Assembly: GCA_951804945.1 (NCBI GenBank)
Contig: OX638158.1
Location: 18,848,001-18,912,000, forward strand
DNA from: Podarcis cretensis
Taxonomy: Eukaryota
Length of the DNA: 64,000 nt
Reading direction: 5' to 3'
Every line of letters starts with the position of its first letter. Within the stretch, counting starts at the first letter, position 1. A program made the position numbers and the translations under genes. A model generated the notes under the pieces. It searched no databases, was not told where the DNA came from, and saw nothing but the letters and a program-made list of their open reading frames with translations. Below are positions 11,558 through 23,591 of the stretch, piece after piece.

Positions 11558-11751
11558 CCAGATGTCACACTTGCCCGGGAAGAACCTCTCCGGGATGCGA
11601 GCAGCATACAGTGCAGCGCCAGTGATATACAGGCAGGCCATGAGAGCCAGCCAGCCTATCTGCCCCATTGTGGCAGCCTTGAGGAGCCCTTCCGTGATGA
11701 CAAAGTGCAGGGTGGGGATGACCCCACTAAGGCCCAGAGCCAGAAACACTC
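11558..11751 (-). CDS. ADIPOR2: ADIPOR2 exon 7, 194 nt
   Basis: (G)VFLALGLSGVIPTLHF...ARIPERFFPGKCDIW; AG acceptor and GTAAGT donor. Confidence 0.97.
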
Positions 11752-12070
11752 CTAGGAGATAAGGGAAGTGGGACAGATTCAGCCTTGGACACAAGAGAAG
11801 CAGTGGCAGAGATGAGGGCAAACTGCCAAAGCTCAGGATCCCAAAGCAGAGCAGGAAGATTACTTGGGTGGTTGGTTTTTAGGGCCACAACCCATTTGGT
11901 CAACTAGAGAGGAGCCCCTGATCAATCTGGGAACACATTTTTAAAAAAACAATAATTTCTATGTACTTCTAATCATAGTGCTAAATGTCATTTTAGAAGA
12001 GGCATTCTCTCTTCTGTTGCAACCAGGAGGCATATTCTCTTTCAATACTATGCCTGCTGCAGCACATACA

Positions 12071-12121
12071 TGTGTGTGTGTGTGTGCACACGCACACACA
12101 CACAGATACACACACACACAC
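12071..12121. repeat. (TG)n(CA)n compound, self-complementary microsatellite
   Basis: Direct observation. Confidence 0.9.
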
Positions 12122-12529
12122 CACTTAAATACTAGATAAAGAAAGTATGCTTTTTCATTCCAAAGTCATCATTTTATTCAAGTGACTTTTATTATGCAGA
12201 TCATTTAAAATTGCAATCAACCAACTATAATTTCTTTAATTAGACAAAATTCTTTTTGTTGTAGAAATATGTTAATATACCTCTAGCTTTCTAAGTACAC
12301 TAGAGACTGTAGCACAAGCCTTGAAATAAAGACTCCCTGCCAGTGGGCTGTGAGTGGCAGAAAGAAACTTTGGCCTTCGTGTACCACTGACTGACCAAAA
12401 AAGTGCAGCACTTACATCAGTCGTGGAAGAATAAATTTCAAAGGTGTTTTGTCTGCTCCAGCCCACAGATTGAACTGACAGTTCACGATAATTAAAACCT
12501 TCAATATTTGCAAAATAGTATTCCCAGTA

Positions 12530-12731
12530 CAGTGGTACCTCAGGTTACAAACTTTGGGTTACAGACTCCGCTAACCCGGAAGTAGTACCTTGGGTTAAGA
12601 ACTTTACCTCAGGATGAGAACAGCAGCAGCAGGAGGCCCCATTAGCTAAAGTGGTACCTCAGGTTAAGAATGGTTTCAGGTTAAGAACGGACCTTCGGAA
12701 CGAATTAAGTTCGTAACCAGAGGTACCACTG
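12530..12731. mobile_element. Tc1/mariner (Tigger-like) MITE
   Basis: TIR CAGTGGTACCTC, TA on both sides, internal (CAGGTTAAGAA) repeats. Confidence 0.85.
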
Positions 12732-14121
12732 TACTAAGTTTCAATTGCTATATATTTCATCTCCTGATCCTCTGTATAAATTTACAACTTCCTGGAAGGT
12801 ACAGAAATATTCTAGAACAAATTCTTCAAACTTCCAGCAGGCAAATGAGACTTTCCCCCCTGAATTCATGACTACATTCACATTCTGTGTGCGTGCGCAT
12901 GCACACATGCAAGAATTTCACCTTCCCTCGGAGGAGTCCTTCCCATGCACTGCTACAGGAGTTACTGTTCCAAGTGTGCCTCCCAAATGGAAGGAGACAA
13001 AGCCCAGAGCAGCAATTTTTGTAGAGATTCAGCAAGTAGCATCCTCTGCACTGGAGTATCAGAAAAACCTAATCATTTCCAAAAGCAGAGATGGACAGAA
13101 CAAAGTCTCCATCCTCCTGTAAAGATGGAATGGAAAGGAAGGCAGGCAGGCAGGCCGGAGCGGTGGAATAAGCATCTTGGCTAGGAGTCCTTGTCTTACT
13201 GGCCTTTTTTCCACCTGGCCAGGGAAGGCAGGGCCCTGACTCCAGCTACAAAAACTGAGGTGACTGAACAGACTGTTGGGCTGGGGCATTGTTTAGCGTG
13301 TTTTGTTTGGAGGGGTGTGTGTTGCTGTTATTGATATAATTTTTTGCATCTTATTTTAGATCTTATGATCTATGTGGAAATGTTCAATTTGGATGTGTAA
13401 TTTTTGAAATTTTATTTATGGTTGAAAATTACTTTTGCTATGTAATTATGTATTATTTTTTCATGTTGTAAGCTGCCTTAAGCATGGTTTAAACTATGGA
13501 AAGGTGGCATACAAATAAAATGCTGAATGTGTGTATGTCTGTAACAGCAAACAGCTTCCCTGCAGGCAGATGTTTTTTGTCCTTAGGAGATTCTTTTTCT
13601 TTCAGTTCCCTCATGACAAAATTTGGAAACTACTGCACTAGAAGATGCATTTAGGGTTTTGATTTTAAACAATATCTTATCCTAAATTATCCTCCTGTCT
13701 GACTTTCTAGCTTCCTCAGACTTAGCCAGAATTTAGAGCCATTATGAAAGATGGCATCCAGCTAAGCTGATGAGTCATTTTCACAAATTGTGTTCATTGG
13801 ACAGACTTGGCATTTACAGCCAGAATCCTTAACTTATTGTCATCCAAACAAGATGTCACATAATGAGTACTACAAGTTCATCATACAAAAAAAAAAAGGG
13901 GGGGGGGAGAACAGTGCAAATTAAAACACACATGATGCAGGCACAAGGAATCTTGTGGCATCTAAATACCAACCAATTTATTATGTATCCATGAAGGGAT
14001 GCCCATGTATAAGGTGCATGAAGTACTAACTATCCACAACTAGTGGATTCTCTGTACACATAAAGAATGAAGAGTGTAAACTTTTCAAGGCCTGTTTGGG
14101 GACTACATTTTGCTGTATGTA

Positions 14122-14358
14122 CAGTCATACCTCATGTTACATTTGCTTCATGTTACGTTTTCTCAGGTTGCGTCCCACAGCAACCCGGAAGTACCGGAAA
14201 GGGTTACTTCCGGGTTTCACCGCTCACGCATGCGCAGTAGCGCTAAATCGCACTTCGTGCATGCGCACAAGTGCCAAATTGCGCTGCGCACAGATACAGC
14301 GCTTCAGGTTGCGGACTTTTCATGTTGCGAACGAGCCTCCGGAATGGAGGTACCACTG
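14122..14358. mobile_element. Tc1/mariner MITE, related family
   Basis: CAGTCATACCTC ... GAGGTACCACTG, TA TSD, CpG-rich interior. Confidence 0.8.
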
Positions 14359-14730
14359 TATATCTGTCTGTACACAAATATACACAAATACTCCATAAGC
14401 ATGGCTAATGGAAGGCGACACATCATGGACGGCGACTTTAACTCACAAAAACTTGTGTCGCTATAAATCTGAATATGGAACATATTTTGTTTTGTTGCAG
14501 ACAGATATGGCTACCTCTCTAGAACCTGACATTATGCAAATATGACTGGCAGATTAGGAGTGTCAAACTTTTAATCTATGAGCGCGCGCACACTCCGTTC
14601 AAAGTTACATTTAAAAAAATAGCACCATGCATAAGTAAGTTCAGCACTTTGTTCCAATTTGGAATAAAATTTCAGACCAAATCCCTTCATGTGGAGGAAA
14701 GCATTTTAAAAGTGATCCTTTGAGTCTTAC

Positions 14731-14918
14731 CTGCTCGTACTGCTCGATACTGGGGGGTTGCAAACCTGTCCCATTGGGAAACTATAATGGCTGTGATGCC
14801 CAGGACACAGATGACAATCAAGTAGATGAAGCAGGGCTGAGGGTTGCAATAGAAGGAGTAGTAGAGCCATGGGACAAAACTGCCCATAATGAGGAGGGCG
14901 ATGCCAGAGTAGTCCAGT
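14731..14918 (-). CDS. ADIPOR2: ADIPOR2 exon 6, 188 nt
   Basis: LDYSGIALLIMGSFVPWLYYSFYCNPQP...PQYRAVRA(G); canonical splice sites. Confidence 0.97.
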
Positions 14919-15347
14919 CTAAGGCAAGGGAAGAGAGGGGGAAAGTTGTTTCAGGAAGGTCACATGAAATAGCCTGCTCACTGATTGCACAGCCTCCACA
15001 GCACCCAACAAGCCTAGCCTAGTTGCATCATTGTCCAGCTTCTGGTGCAAGACTTCTGTGGCTAATAAGGTTCCTACTGTGACCACCCCTGAACAGCCAC
15101 TTCAAAATATTAGCAAAGGCAGACAAACCTTAGGAGAAGAGCTCTGATCTAAATTCTTTAATCTTGGCCTGCTAACCACAATGTCAGGAATATGGGCAGC
15201 CTATCAATGGCTGAAGTAGAGCTCTTAGGCAAATTCCAGTTTCTCAGCCTGGACCCAACAGCTAAGCATTTATACACTGACAATTTTCATAGTGCTTCAC
15301 ATATATTTTCCGGCTCTGAAGTCACACTGAACCACTACAATACTTAC

Positions 15348-15534
15348 TTGGAGAATAGTCTTGAGACACCTTCTGAATGGCAGTAAACTGTGTGGAAGAG
15401 CCATGAGAAGGAGAGGCAGAGAATGGCTCCCAAGAAGAACACTCCAACCACTACCTTCTCTTGTACAGGTGCTACAAAGGACATGTTTGGCCGGAACATG
15501 TAAAAGATGCCCAGACACAGAAAGAACACACAAC
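15348..15534 (-). CDS. ADIPOR2: ADIPOR2 exon 5, 187 nt
   Basis: (G)CVFFLCLGIFYMFRPN...SFSWLFHTVYCHSEGVSRLFS(K); canonical splice sites. Confidence 0.97.
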
Positions 15535-16792
15535 CTAAACAAAGAAAAATAAATGTTACAAGACTTGCCGAAGTTTGTGCATGTGTAGCGGGAGAACCCC
15601 AAAAAAGCATCACAGCAAATTCAGTACACTTGAGAAATGTCATCTGTCACATATCTGTAGATCATTCGACTTAACATTTGCAAATCATTGAGTGAGGTAC
15701 TACATATACTTTGAACAGCTTTGGGAAACCCCTGGCCACATTATGCACATCATGTTAAAATATGGTTTAGTGTGTTGTGCATGGAGTGGAACATGGTGGA
15801 ATGGGTGGCCTGATATAAAGCTGGAAACAGATTCAATTTGCTGTTTGTCTGCATTATTTCTCCCAAGTATTATGAGGCAGGGTGGTGTAGCATACAGAAG
15901 TTGGGCTGGCACAAATATGACCAATCAATGAACCAAAGGGCTTTAGGTTTATTCCAACCTAAATGTTCTGCCAAGCAAAACAGTTGCTGACAATAATGTT
16001 TAAAGTATGCAAGCTTAGCTCTAGTTCCGTCCTCCCCATGAGCCAAACAGAATATGGTCACTGCAATGCCAGCTGAAGCTAATTTGAGGCCTGTTTCATC
16101 ATTAGTCCCAAGAGCCAGGAAAGGTCCAGTAAGCACAGGCAATTAAGCTTATTTCAAGGGCAATGCTGCAGTGAGAAAGCCACACAGAAGTACAAAGCAC
16201 ACAATTTTTCTGCAGCATTGCAATTCAGATGTCCCAGGTTGAAGCCTTGAACCAAGGTCTTGACTCAGAGCAGCACACGCATACCAAAGTGTTTACATTT
16301 TCTTCCTAAAAGCTATTAGTGAACAGCAGTGTTGGAGCAGAAATCTGAATTATCTTTCTGGACAACAGGAAGAGGATTCATGTAGATCTGCCAAGTCAAT
16401 CTGAGCATCCTCAAAACATTATCAGTGATGGGGTGAGGGGAGTACAACACAAACAGTAAAGGGGGAATTTGCACATCTGAGTAATTCAAACCAAGTTAGT
16501 TGGTGCTGAACAAAGAGAAGTTATTCTACCGAACAGGCATTTAGTAAGATTACTGAAGGGGAAAGTCACTGCAACCCAATGCAACCCTTTGTCCAGGATC
16601 CATCTATGCAAGTATAATTCACCCCAAACTCTTGCCCAACATATCCTGTAGAGCCCTGTCAGATGTGCTCCAGGCAATCTTGCTCTTGCTATTGGATCAG
16701 CAGTAAGTTCCAAAGTCTATTTCCTTTGCTTCTTAACTCAGTTATTAGTTATAAAAGATAAATTCATATGACATTTACATCCAAGTCAATAC

Positions 16793-16964
16793 CTAGTAGG
16801 TGTGTCCAGATATTGCCGGTCTCTGTGTGTATTCTGAAAATGCTTTTGAAGCAAGCCCGGAAAGAGGGCATGGGTGGGCGGTGCCCATGCAACAGGTAAT
16901 CGTTGTCCTTCAGCCAGTCGGGCAAGACGTCAAAGGGGATGACGCGCCATCTGCCCTCCCACAC
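16793..16964 (-). CDS. ADIPOR2: ADIPOR2 exon 4, 172 nt
   Basis: VWEGRWRVIPFDVLPDWLKDNDYLLHGHRPPMPSFRACFKSIFRIHTETGNIWTHLL(G); canonical splice sites. Confidence 0.97.
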
Positions 16965-18041
16965 CTAAAGGGAGTAAGGAGGGGTTGTGTTAGTCCTCCT
17001 GTGGCAGCTTCCCAAGGAAATGCACATTAAATTTTAAATGGAAAAAGCAGTATAGAGAATAGTTCAGCCACTGCACTCTTCCACAAAATCCACAGCACCT
17101 TTACCACCACAAATAATTTTGAAATTAGTATGAAGTTTCAGGAAACTGAAAAAACTGCTCCCTGTAGTGTACCACATGAAGGCAAAGAAAAGCCAATCCA
17201 AAGCACCCCTCCATGAAAGTTTGGGAGCATGTTTGCCATTCTAAAATATGAATCACCCAAAGTCAAATATTCTGCGACTTCAGTGATAGGTGGAAAAAAG
17301 AAAGATGGTAACAATGGAGCTTCATTAACGTTGGGGTTCATATATTTGTAGAAATTTTGTTAATAAATCCTGCATTTCCAAGGTCATCCTTCCAATTATG
17401 AAAAGATAGCAGCAAAACAAGGTAAAAATAATATTCTCTGTTCTGATTCTGACGTTAGAGCCAGACACCAGCATAAACTATTTCCCTTTAAAATTAGCCA
17501 AGGAAAGTCAAGACCAGTAATATTTACACAGCTCACAATGAATTTGTCCAGGGTGGCATTTTCAATAGAACTGGCTTTTTTCACTTGGGACGGTGGACAC
17601 AATGAGGCTGCTACACAAGGGAGACAAATGGTAATCTCCAAACAAAGATTTGCAAAGGCCTGAAAGAGAGTGTGTGGAAAAAGGTGACCTGGTAAATTAA
17701 AGTTCTCTGACCCAGAAACACTAGAAGCAGAGGGCATTATTCTGCTTGGACTTGCACAGATGTTTCAAAAAAGAGGCTCAACAGTTGTACCATCATGTTT
17801 AATCCTACATTTCAACGTGTAATCCCTATCGTGCTAAACTTTCTAATTCATCCAATTACTGGAAGCGCAAGATCCCAACATGCACAGTGGCAGCATCAGC
17901 CAAGACAACAGAACTCCTTGACGGCCACCCACTGTGACTTGGCTCTTTGTTGCCAGAAGTGCATGCACTGCTAGCCAAAGGACCCAACAGCTGTGTGAAG
18001 CACACCAGAGCATGATGGGCACTTGCTTTGCAGCCTCTTAC

Positions 18042-18155
18042 CTTACATACAAACTCTTCCATCCTCTCCATGGCATGGTGAGCTTGGAGAGGCAGCATCC
18101 CCATAAATCCTTCATCCTCATGAGCTGCATCATCGCTGCCAACATGATCAGAACT
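18042..18155 (-). CDS. ADIPOR2: ADIPOR2 exon 3, 114 nt
   Basis: SSDHVGSDDAAHEDEGFMGMLPLQAHHAMERMEEFVCK. EDEGFMGM and EEFVCK distinguish R2 from R1. tttcag acceptor, GTAAGA donor. Confidence 0.95.
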
Positions 18156-18404
18156 CTGAAACATAAAAGAATTGTTGAATAACAAGCAAAAACAAGTTTT
18201 GCTTTCAGTGACTTAACACAGAATTCTATCAAATATGAAGCCAGATAAGCACACAAGTGTAGAATGTTCAAAAGAAACATGTTCTCTAGCTGCATACTCC
18301 AGAATTAGGTTCTCTAGCCAATGCTGTTGAGCAAAATGCAATGGAGTTGGTGGTCCCCAATTTGTGCCATGGAAGGGAAGAGACTATTAGGTATAGCTGC
18401 CACT

Positions 18405-18991
18405 TTGTGATGCAGTAGCAAAAAAGGCTCATGCTATTCTAGGCTGCATCGACAGAAATATAATGTCCCAATCAAGGGAAATAATAGTTCCACTCTATTT
18501 TGCCTTGGTTAGACCACACCTGGAGTACTGTGTCCAGTTCTCGACAGCACAGTTTAAGAAGGATATTGACAAGATGAAACGTGTGCAAAGGAGGGTAACC
18601 AAGATGACAAAGGATCTGGAAACCGAGCCTGATGAGGAACAGTTGAGGGAAGTGGGTATGTTTAACCTGGATAAGAGGAGACTGAGAGGAGATGTAACAG
18701 CCATCTTCCAAGCTTGTTGTCTCCTCTGGAGACTAGGACCCAAACCAATAGCTTCAAGTTACAAGAAAGGAGATTCTGAATAAACATCAGGAAGAACTTT
18801 CTGATGGTAAGAGCTGTGTGACAGTGGAAGAGACTCCCTCAGAAGGTGGTGGACTCTCCTTCATTGGAGGTTTTTAAGCAGAGGTTGGAATGTCGTCTGT
18901 CATAGATGCATTAGTTGAGATTCCTGCATTGCTGGGGGTTAGAATAGATGACCTCTGGGTCCCTTCTAACTCTATAATTCTATGATTCTAT
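18405..18991 (+). mobile_element. CR1 LINE 3' end (degraded ORF2 C-terminus plus 3' UTR)
   Basis: ORF 18463-18783 has PLYFALVRPHLEYCVQF...KKDIDK..RVQRR, a CR1 ORF2 signature; ends (ATTCTATG)n. Confidence 0.92.
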
Positions 18992-21912
18992 TACTCCCTT
19001 TTAGAAAGATAGACAGAACTCTGAATTTGATCATGCTTTTTTCCTTTCTTTCAATGTGAAATAAGATGCGGTTAACACAGCATGAATGCATTTTGCAGTT
19101 TGTTGCCCTTGCACAGATTATGTCAATCACCAACCTATTTACTAGAAAAGAACTGTTAAACAAACACAATTTGCATGCCTTTGCTTATGAGAATCCAGTT
19201 ATTAGCTACAACAATGTTTTAGGAAGAATCAGTGTCAGGCAAACTCAATGTTAAACTGATTCTCTTTTTTATTGTTCTTTGCTCTCCCCCCAAACATCTT
19301 ACAATTGCCTAAATGTAAGATTGCACATGAAGCTGCAGTAGACTTAACTGGGCCACTGGGCCCAGTGTTGTCTACCCCAACTGTCAGGGGTTCCCTAGAG
19401 TCTCAGGCAGATGCCTTTCCCAGTCTAATAATGTGAGTCTTTAAATGGAAATGCTGGTCACTAAAAATGGAACTTTCTATAGGCAAATCATATGAGCATT
19501 GGATAGTCCCTTTCCAACATTTAAGAGCCTCTTCAATGACCCAGGAAACTTAGTCAATTCTCATCTGTACCAGCCAACATTAGTAACTTTTAATTGAGGG
19601 GGCTCACATTGAGGCTGGCACAGAAAGAGTTCCTTTTCCAGTCATGTATTCATCTTCTGCCCGTTAATGTAGTTTTACAATACAAAATCCTACCTATACT
19701 GTATAGAAGCACCATGCACTTTAAAGGACAGTCAGCGGTAAAGCCCTATATATACTAAGGTTTTTTAAGGGAGCAAATAATTTATTTCAGATTGACTATC
19801 ATAAATGAAAACAAATCCTTAGTTATTTTCCCAATGTTATTTAATATGGATTAGACACTTAAGCACTGTTTTGCTCCGACACAGTGTTAAGAATGTTTCT
19901 TACTAAATGTTCAGAGAAAACGTTGCTAACTATGCTTTCACTATAAAAAAAATCAAGTTAATCAACATAGGAAGAGCACTACTGGATCAATCCAAAGGCT
20001 TACGTAGCCCAGCATTCCATTCTTACACTGGACTATCAGATGCTTATGAATCCTGCCAGAAGGAGCTGAGTCCATTGGGAATTCAGAATCACCAATACAA
20101 AATCCTATAATTCAAAATAATTTAATCCGAGATCATTGAAAGTACATACAAATGTTCACCAAAGGTGATCTTAGCAGGATCTGTTCTTCCACAATAAACA
20201 CCTACCTGCAACACAGCCAAGCTGCTAGGTTAAAAATCAAGAGATGGGGTGGTGGAGGTAAAGAGGAAGAATAGAGAAAAGAGGCAGATCAATTCTTAGT
20301 GAGTTTACTTTCTCTCCTTCTCACCAGTTTGGCAATCTTCCCATCTGTCAATATATTGCTTTTGGTTTTAAAAGAGATCTGGGAGAAAGCAACAGTTCAA
20401 ACATAAATGAAAAGGGTACAGTTCCTTCCCTTTGTTTCCTGCAAGAATGAACAGAGAAGCTACGTAAGTGACTCAAGCAGGTCTTAAGATGGTCACTGGA
20501 GTAGGTCACTAACCCAGCTTACAGGTTCTGTACTATTCAAAGCTGCTCACACTAAAGTAGCACACCAGCATCCATACATCATCACTTACGCATGCTAGAA
20601 CTCACCTCCACGTAAGGTTAAGAGACCCACTCGAAAGTCACTAATGACCCATCAGAATGTATATGCAACTCTAGAATACTTGGCACACACTTATTCAAGC
20701 ACACTGCTTACTGAGAAAATTCAGAATTTAACAGAAAATACAAATATACGAACTTGAGTCCATTGTGCTGCCTGAAACTGCAGCCAGTTATTCTACAAAA
20801 GTTGTATGTGATAAACTGAATGGATTGCTGCCATCAAACAAAGAGGCATCTTCCTGGTTAAAATATGCAAGGCAGTGTAGCAGAGATGAAAGGACAGGGT
20901 GTGTTTGTTTGCCCTGCCTACAATTCCTGAGCCTTTTCCACTTCCCCTCATTCACAGCTAAGGAAGCTGTTTAGGCTTGCAATTTTACTTAAACATATAT
21001 CTACTTCAAAACAGTTAAAACCCAGAAAGAGCTTTCAAAGAAAGGAGATTCCTTGTGCACTTTCAATAATGCACAAACTTTGGGTCTCACTATACTAGAT
21101 GCGACAGCAAAAAGAGGACCTAAGCAAGCAAGCAAGGCAAGCAGTTTTCTATACTATATGGAAGCATGGTTCCACATACTCTGCATGAATAGCAGCTACA
21201 GCAATTCACATCATTAAAGATTCAGATGGTTCTTTTGCTCTACGCACTTGGATCTAGCTGTCAACATTTGTTAAAACAGTAACTCCCCACAAGTGTATTA
21301 AAGCCCTTTAACACAGTTTGTAGACTGCAATGAGCTTGTCTACCAAGGATGCACCCTTTTACAACCAAGTTTAATAAGCTATCCCTAGGTTTCAAGTTCG
21401 GCCAGCAGAGTATCCCTTCCCCCACAGTTTTTCTAGTTTCTGAACACCTAGCCCATAACCTCAATTGTGGAGGATTTCACCTCTTCTCTACTGGCTTCAG
21501 TTAGTTTTTGAAACTGGACCATACTGGTCGTATTCACCCATGTTGCTAAGTCAAGTGGAGTTTGTCTGCCTTGATCATAACATGCTCATACTTTGTGCCG
21601 GTGTACCTAGGTCAAGCTCTTCCACCTCATTCCTCCCTTATGAGTGGAGAAACAGACCGCTGGAAGGCTGGCTTAGTGTTGGATCCGAACCAGCACTTGT
21701 GATTTGTTTCTCTTCAAAAAAACATAGTCAGGAAGCCTAGAACAAACATTGGCCTTAGGCTGGTTTCTTTGAAAAGCATAAAGCCACAAGCACTACTTTG
21801 AGCATAATGTTAAGCCAGCTACTCCATAGTTTGTCTGGGGACATATTATCTGGGGACCTATTAATCTGGGGATATTTATAGTACAGAAACTCACATTGGT
21901 CTTTATGGCAAT

Positions 21913-22281
21913 GGTGGCGCTGTGGGTTAAAGCCTCAGCGCCTAGGGCTTGCCGATCGAAAGGTCGGCGGTTCGAATCCCTGCGGCGGGGTGCGCTCCCG
22001 CTGCTCGGTCCCAGCGCCTGCCAACCTAGCAGTTCGAAAGCACCTCCGGGTGCAAGTAGATAAATAGGGACCGCTTACCAGCGGGAAGGTAAACGGCGTT
22101 TCCGTGTGCGGCTCTGGCTCTGGCTCTGGCTCTGGCCAGAGCAGCGATGTCACGCTGGCCACGTGACCCGGAAGTGTCTCCGGACAGCGCTGGCCCCTGG
22201 CCTCTTGAGTGAGATGGGCGCACAACCCCAGAGTCTGTCAAGACTGGCCCGTACGGGCAGGGGTACCTTTACCTTTACCTT
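21913..22281 (+). mobile_element. Sauria SINE, young subfamily with internal (GGCTCT)n
   Basis: Near-full-length, CpG-rich, (ACCTTT)n tail. Confidence 0.92.
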
Positions 22282-23292
22282 AACAGATACATGTTCCTTC
22301 CTTTCAGCCACAGAAAGCAATTATTAGGCAAAAACGAGAGAGGTAGGTTGTTTAAGTGTACAAATAGTAAAGTCAGGAACAGACAGGTCACCCATGTTCT
22401 CTTCCCCAAATACTGCATTTGCAGATAAATTATTGCAATGCGGTTCATCGGGAAGAGGGGAAGAGAAGCAAAGCGAAACATTTCAAGCCTACAACAGAGA
22501 TTGCAGTATCTTGCAGCAATGTGACTCTGGAAGGAAGCTGTTCATCTAATTGATCACAAGGATATTTTGATTGGCTGCCAAATGGCTACATGGGCATGTT
22601 TGGTTCCAGGGACTCTGCAGCCTCATCACAATAGAGGTGAAGTGGGCAACATGTCACTCTGCAAGCAGACCATCTGGATGCAGTTAATTGCTATTCTGAA
22701 GTCAAATGCAGAGTGTAGCCGTTTTGTCTTCAGAACTGGTGTTCAAGGTCACAGTGATCTATACTGACCTTCAACTATTAAGTCTTTTAAATGCTACAAG
22801 TTGCAGAAGATCAACTAAGTCTCACTGCTTTTTTGGAGAAATAAACTCATGGGGAAAGGTCGGTACAAGTCAGGCAAAGTTTAACAGTTAAAAGAACGCT
22901 TAGGATTTGTAGAAAAGGGTGTGGGTGTGGGTGTAAATGATACTCTAGTAGTTAGTGGGCATTACCATACCAATCAAGATAGCTTCCCCACACATGGCAT
23001 GACTGAGGACACAACTCTACTCCCATTAGTATAAAAAAACTGCCCGTGACAACAGCCACCATGGGACTAAGCACTAACATCACTTAAAAGAACACCCTGC
23101 CTTCAGGACAAAGGCATTCAGAATTCAAACAAGATGAAAAATAATGGAAAAGATAAGGCATAACAAAAAGAGTAGAGAGGGATGAAGTGAGGATAAGAGT
23201 TGTTATGAGAGTCCAGAAACCCTTTGTAAGAAATGGGGAAAAGGAGAGAACTGGCATGACTGGGGTGTACACATACTCCTTATAAAATAAGC

Positions 23293-23591
23293 TAGACAGG
23301 CTCCCTGCTTGTTGTCCTTCCACAGACAGGTGAAGACTTTCTTTTTCCAAGAGGCTTTTGGAAACTGACTGCTTTTAATGAAAGGGCTGGTGCAGTGCTG
23401 TTTTTATTGTAATTATTGGTATGGTTTTAATATATTTTATATACGTATATAGTTTTAATTCTATCAAGGTTTTGTTGTTTTATCATTATTATTTTTTCAA
23501 TGTTTTTAGTGGTTCTAATTTTTATCTGTAAGTCGCCTTGAGTCCTGTCAGGACAAAGGCAGGTTATGTATAAATAAATAAAAGAATAAAT
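23293..23591 (+). mobile_element. L2-like LINE 3' end
   Basis: GTGAAGACTTTCTT..GGCTTTTGG..AT-rich..TGTAAGTCGCCTTGAG..(AATA)n; homologous to 28385-28720. Confidence 0.65.

Noticed and set aside
13826-13860. CTGATGAG as a hammerhead ribozyme core (also ~18629 and ~24620)
   Set aside because: No stem II followed by GAAA and no cleavage-site architecture.
21480-21737. Possible alternative ADIPOR2 exon (minus, ttctag acceptor, GAG|GTGAAA)
   Set aside because: Stops in all three frames and no homology; could only be a poison exon, with no evidence for use.
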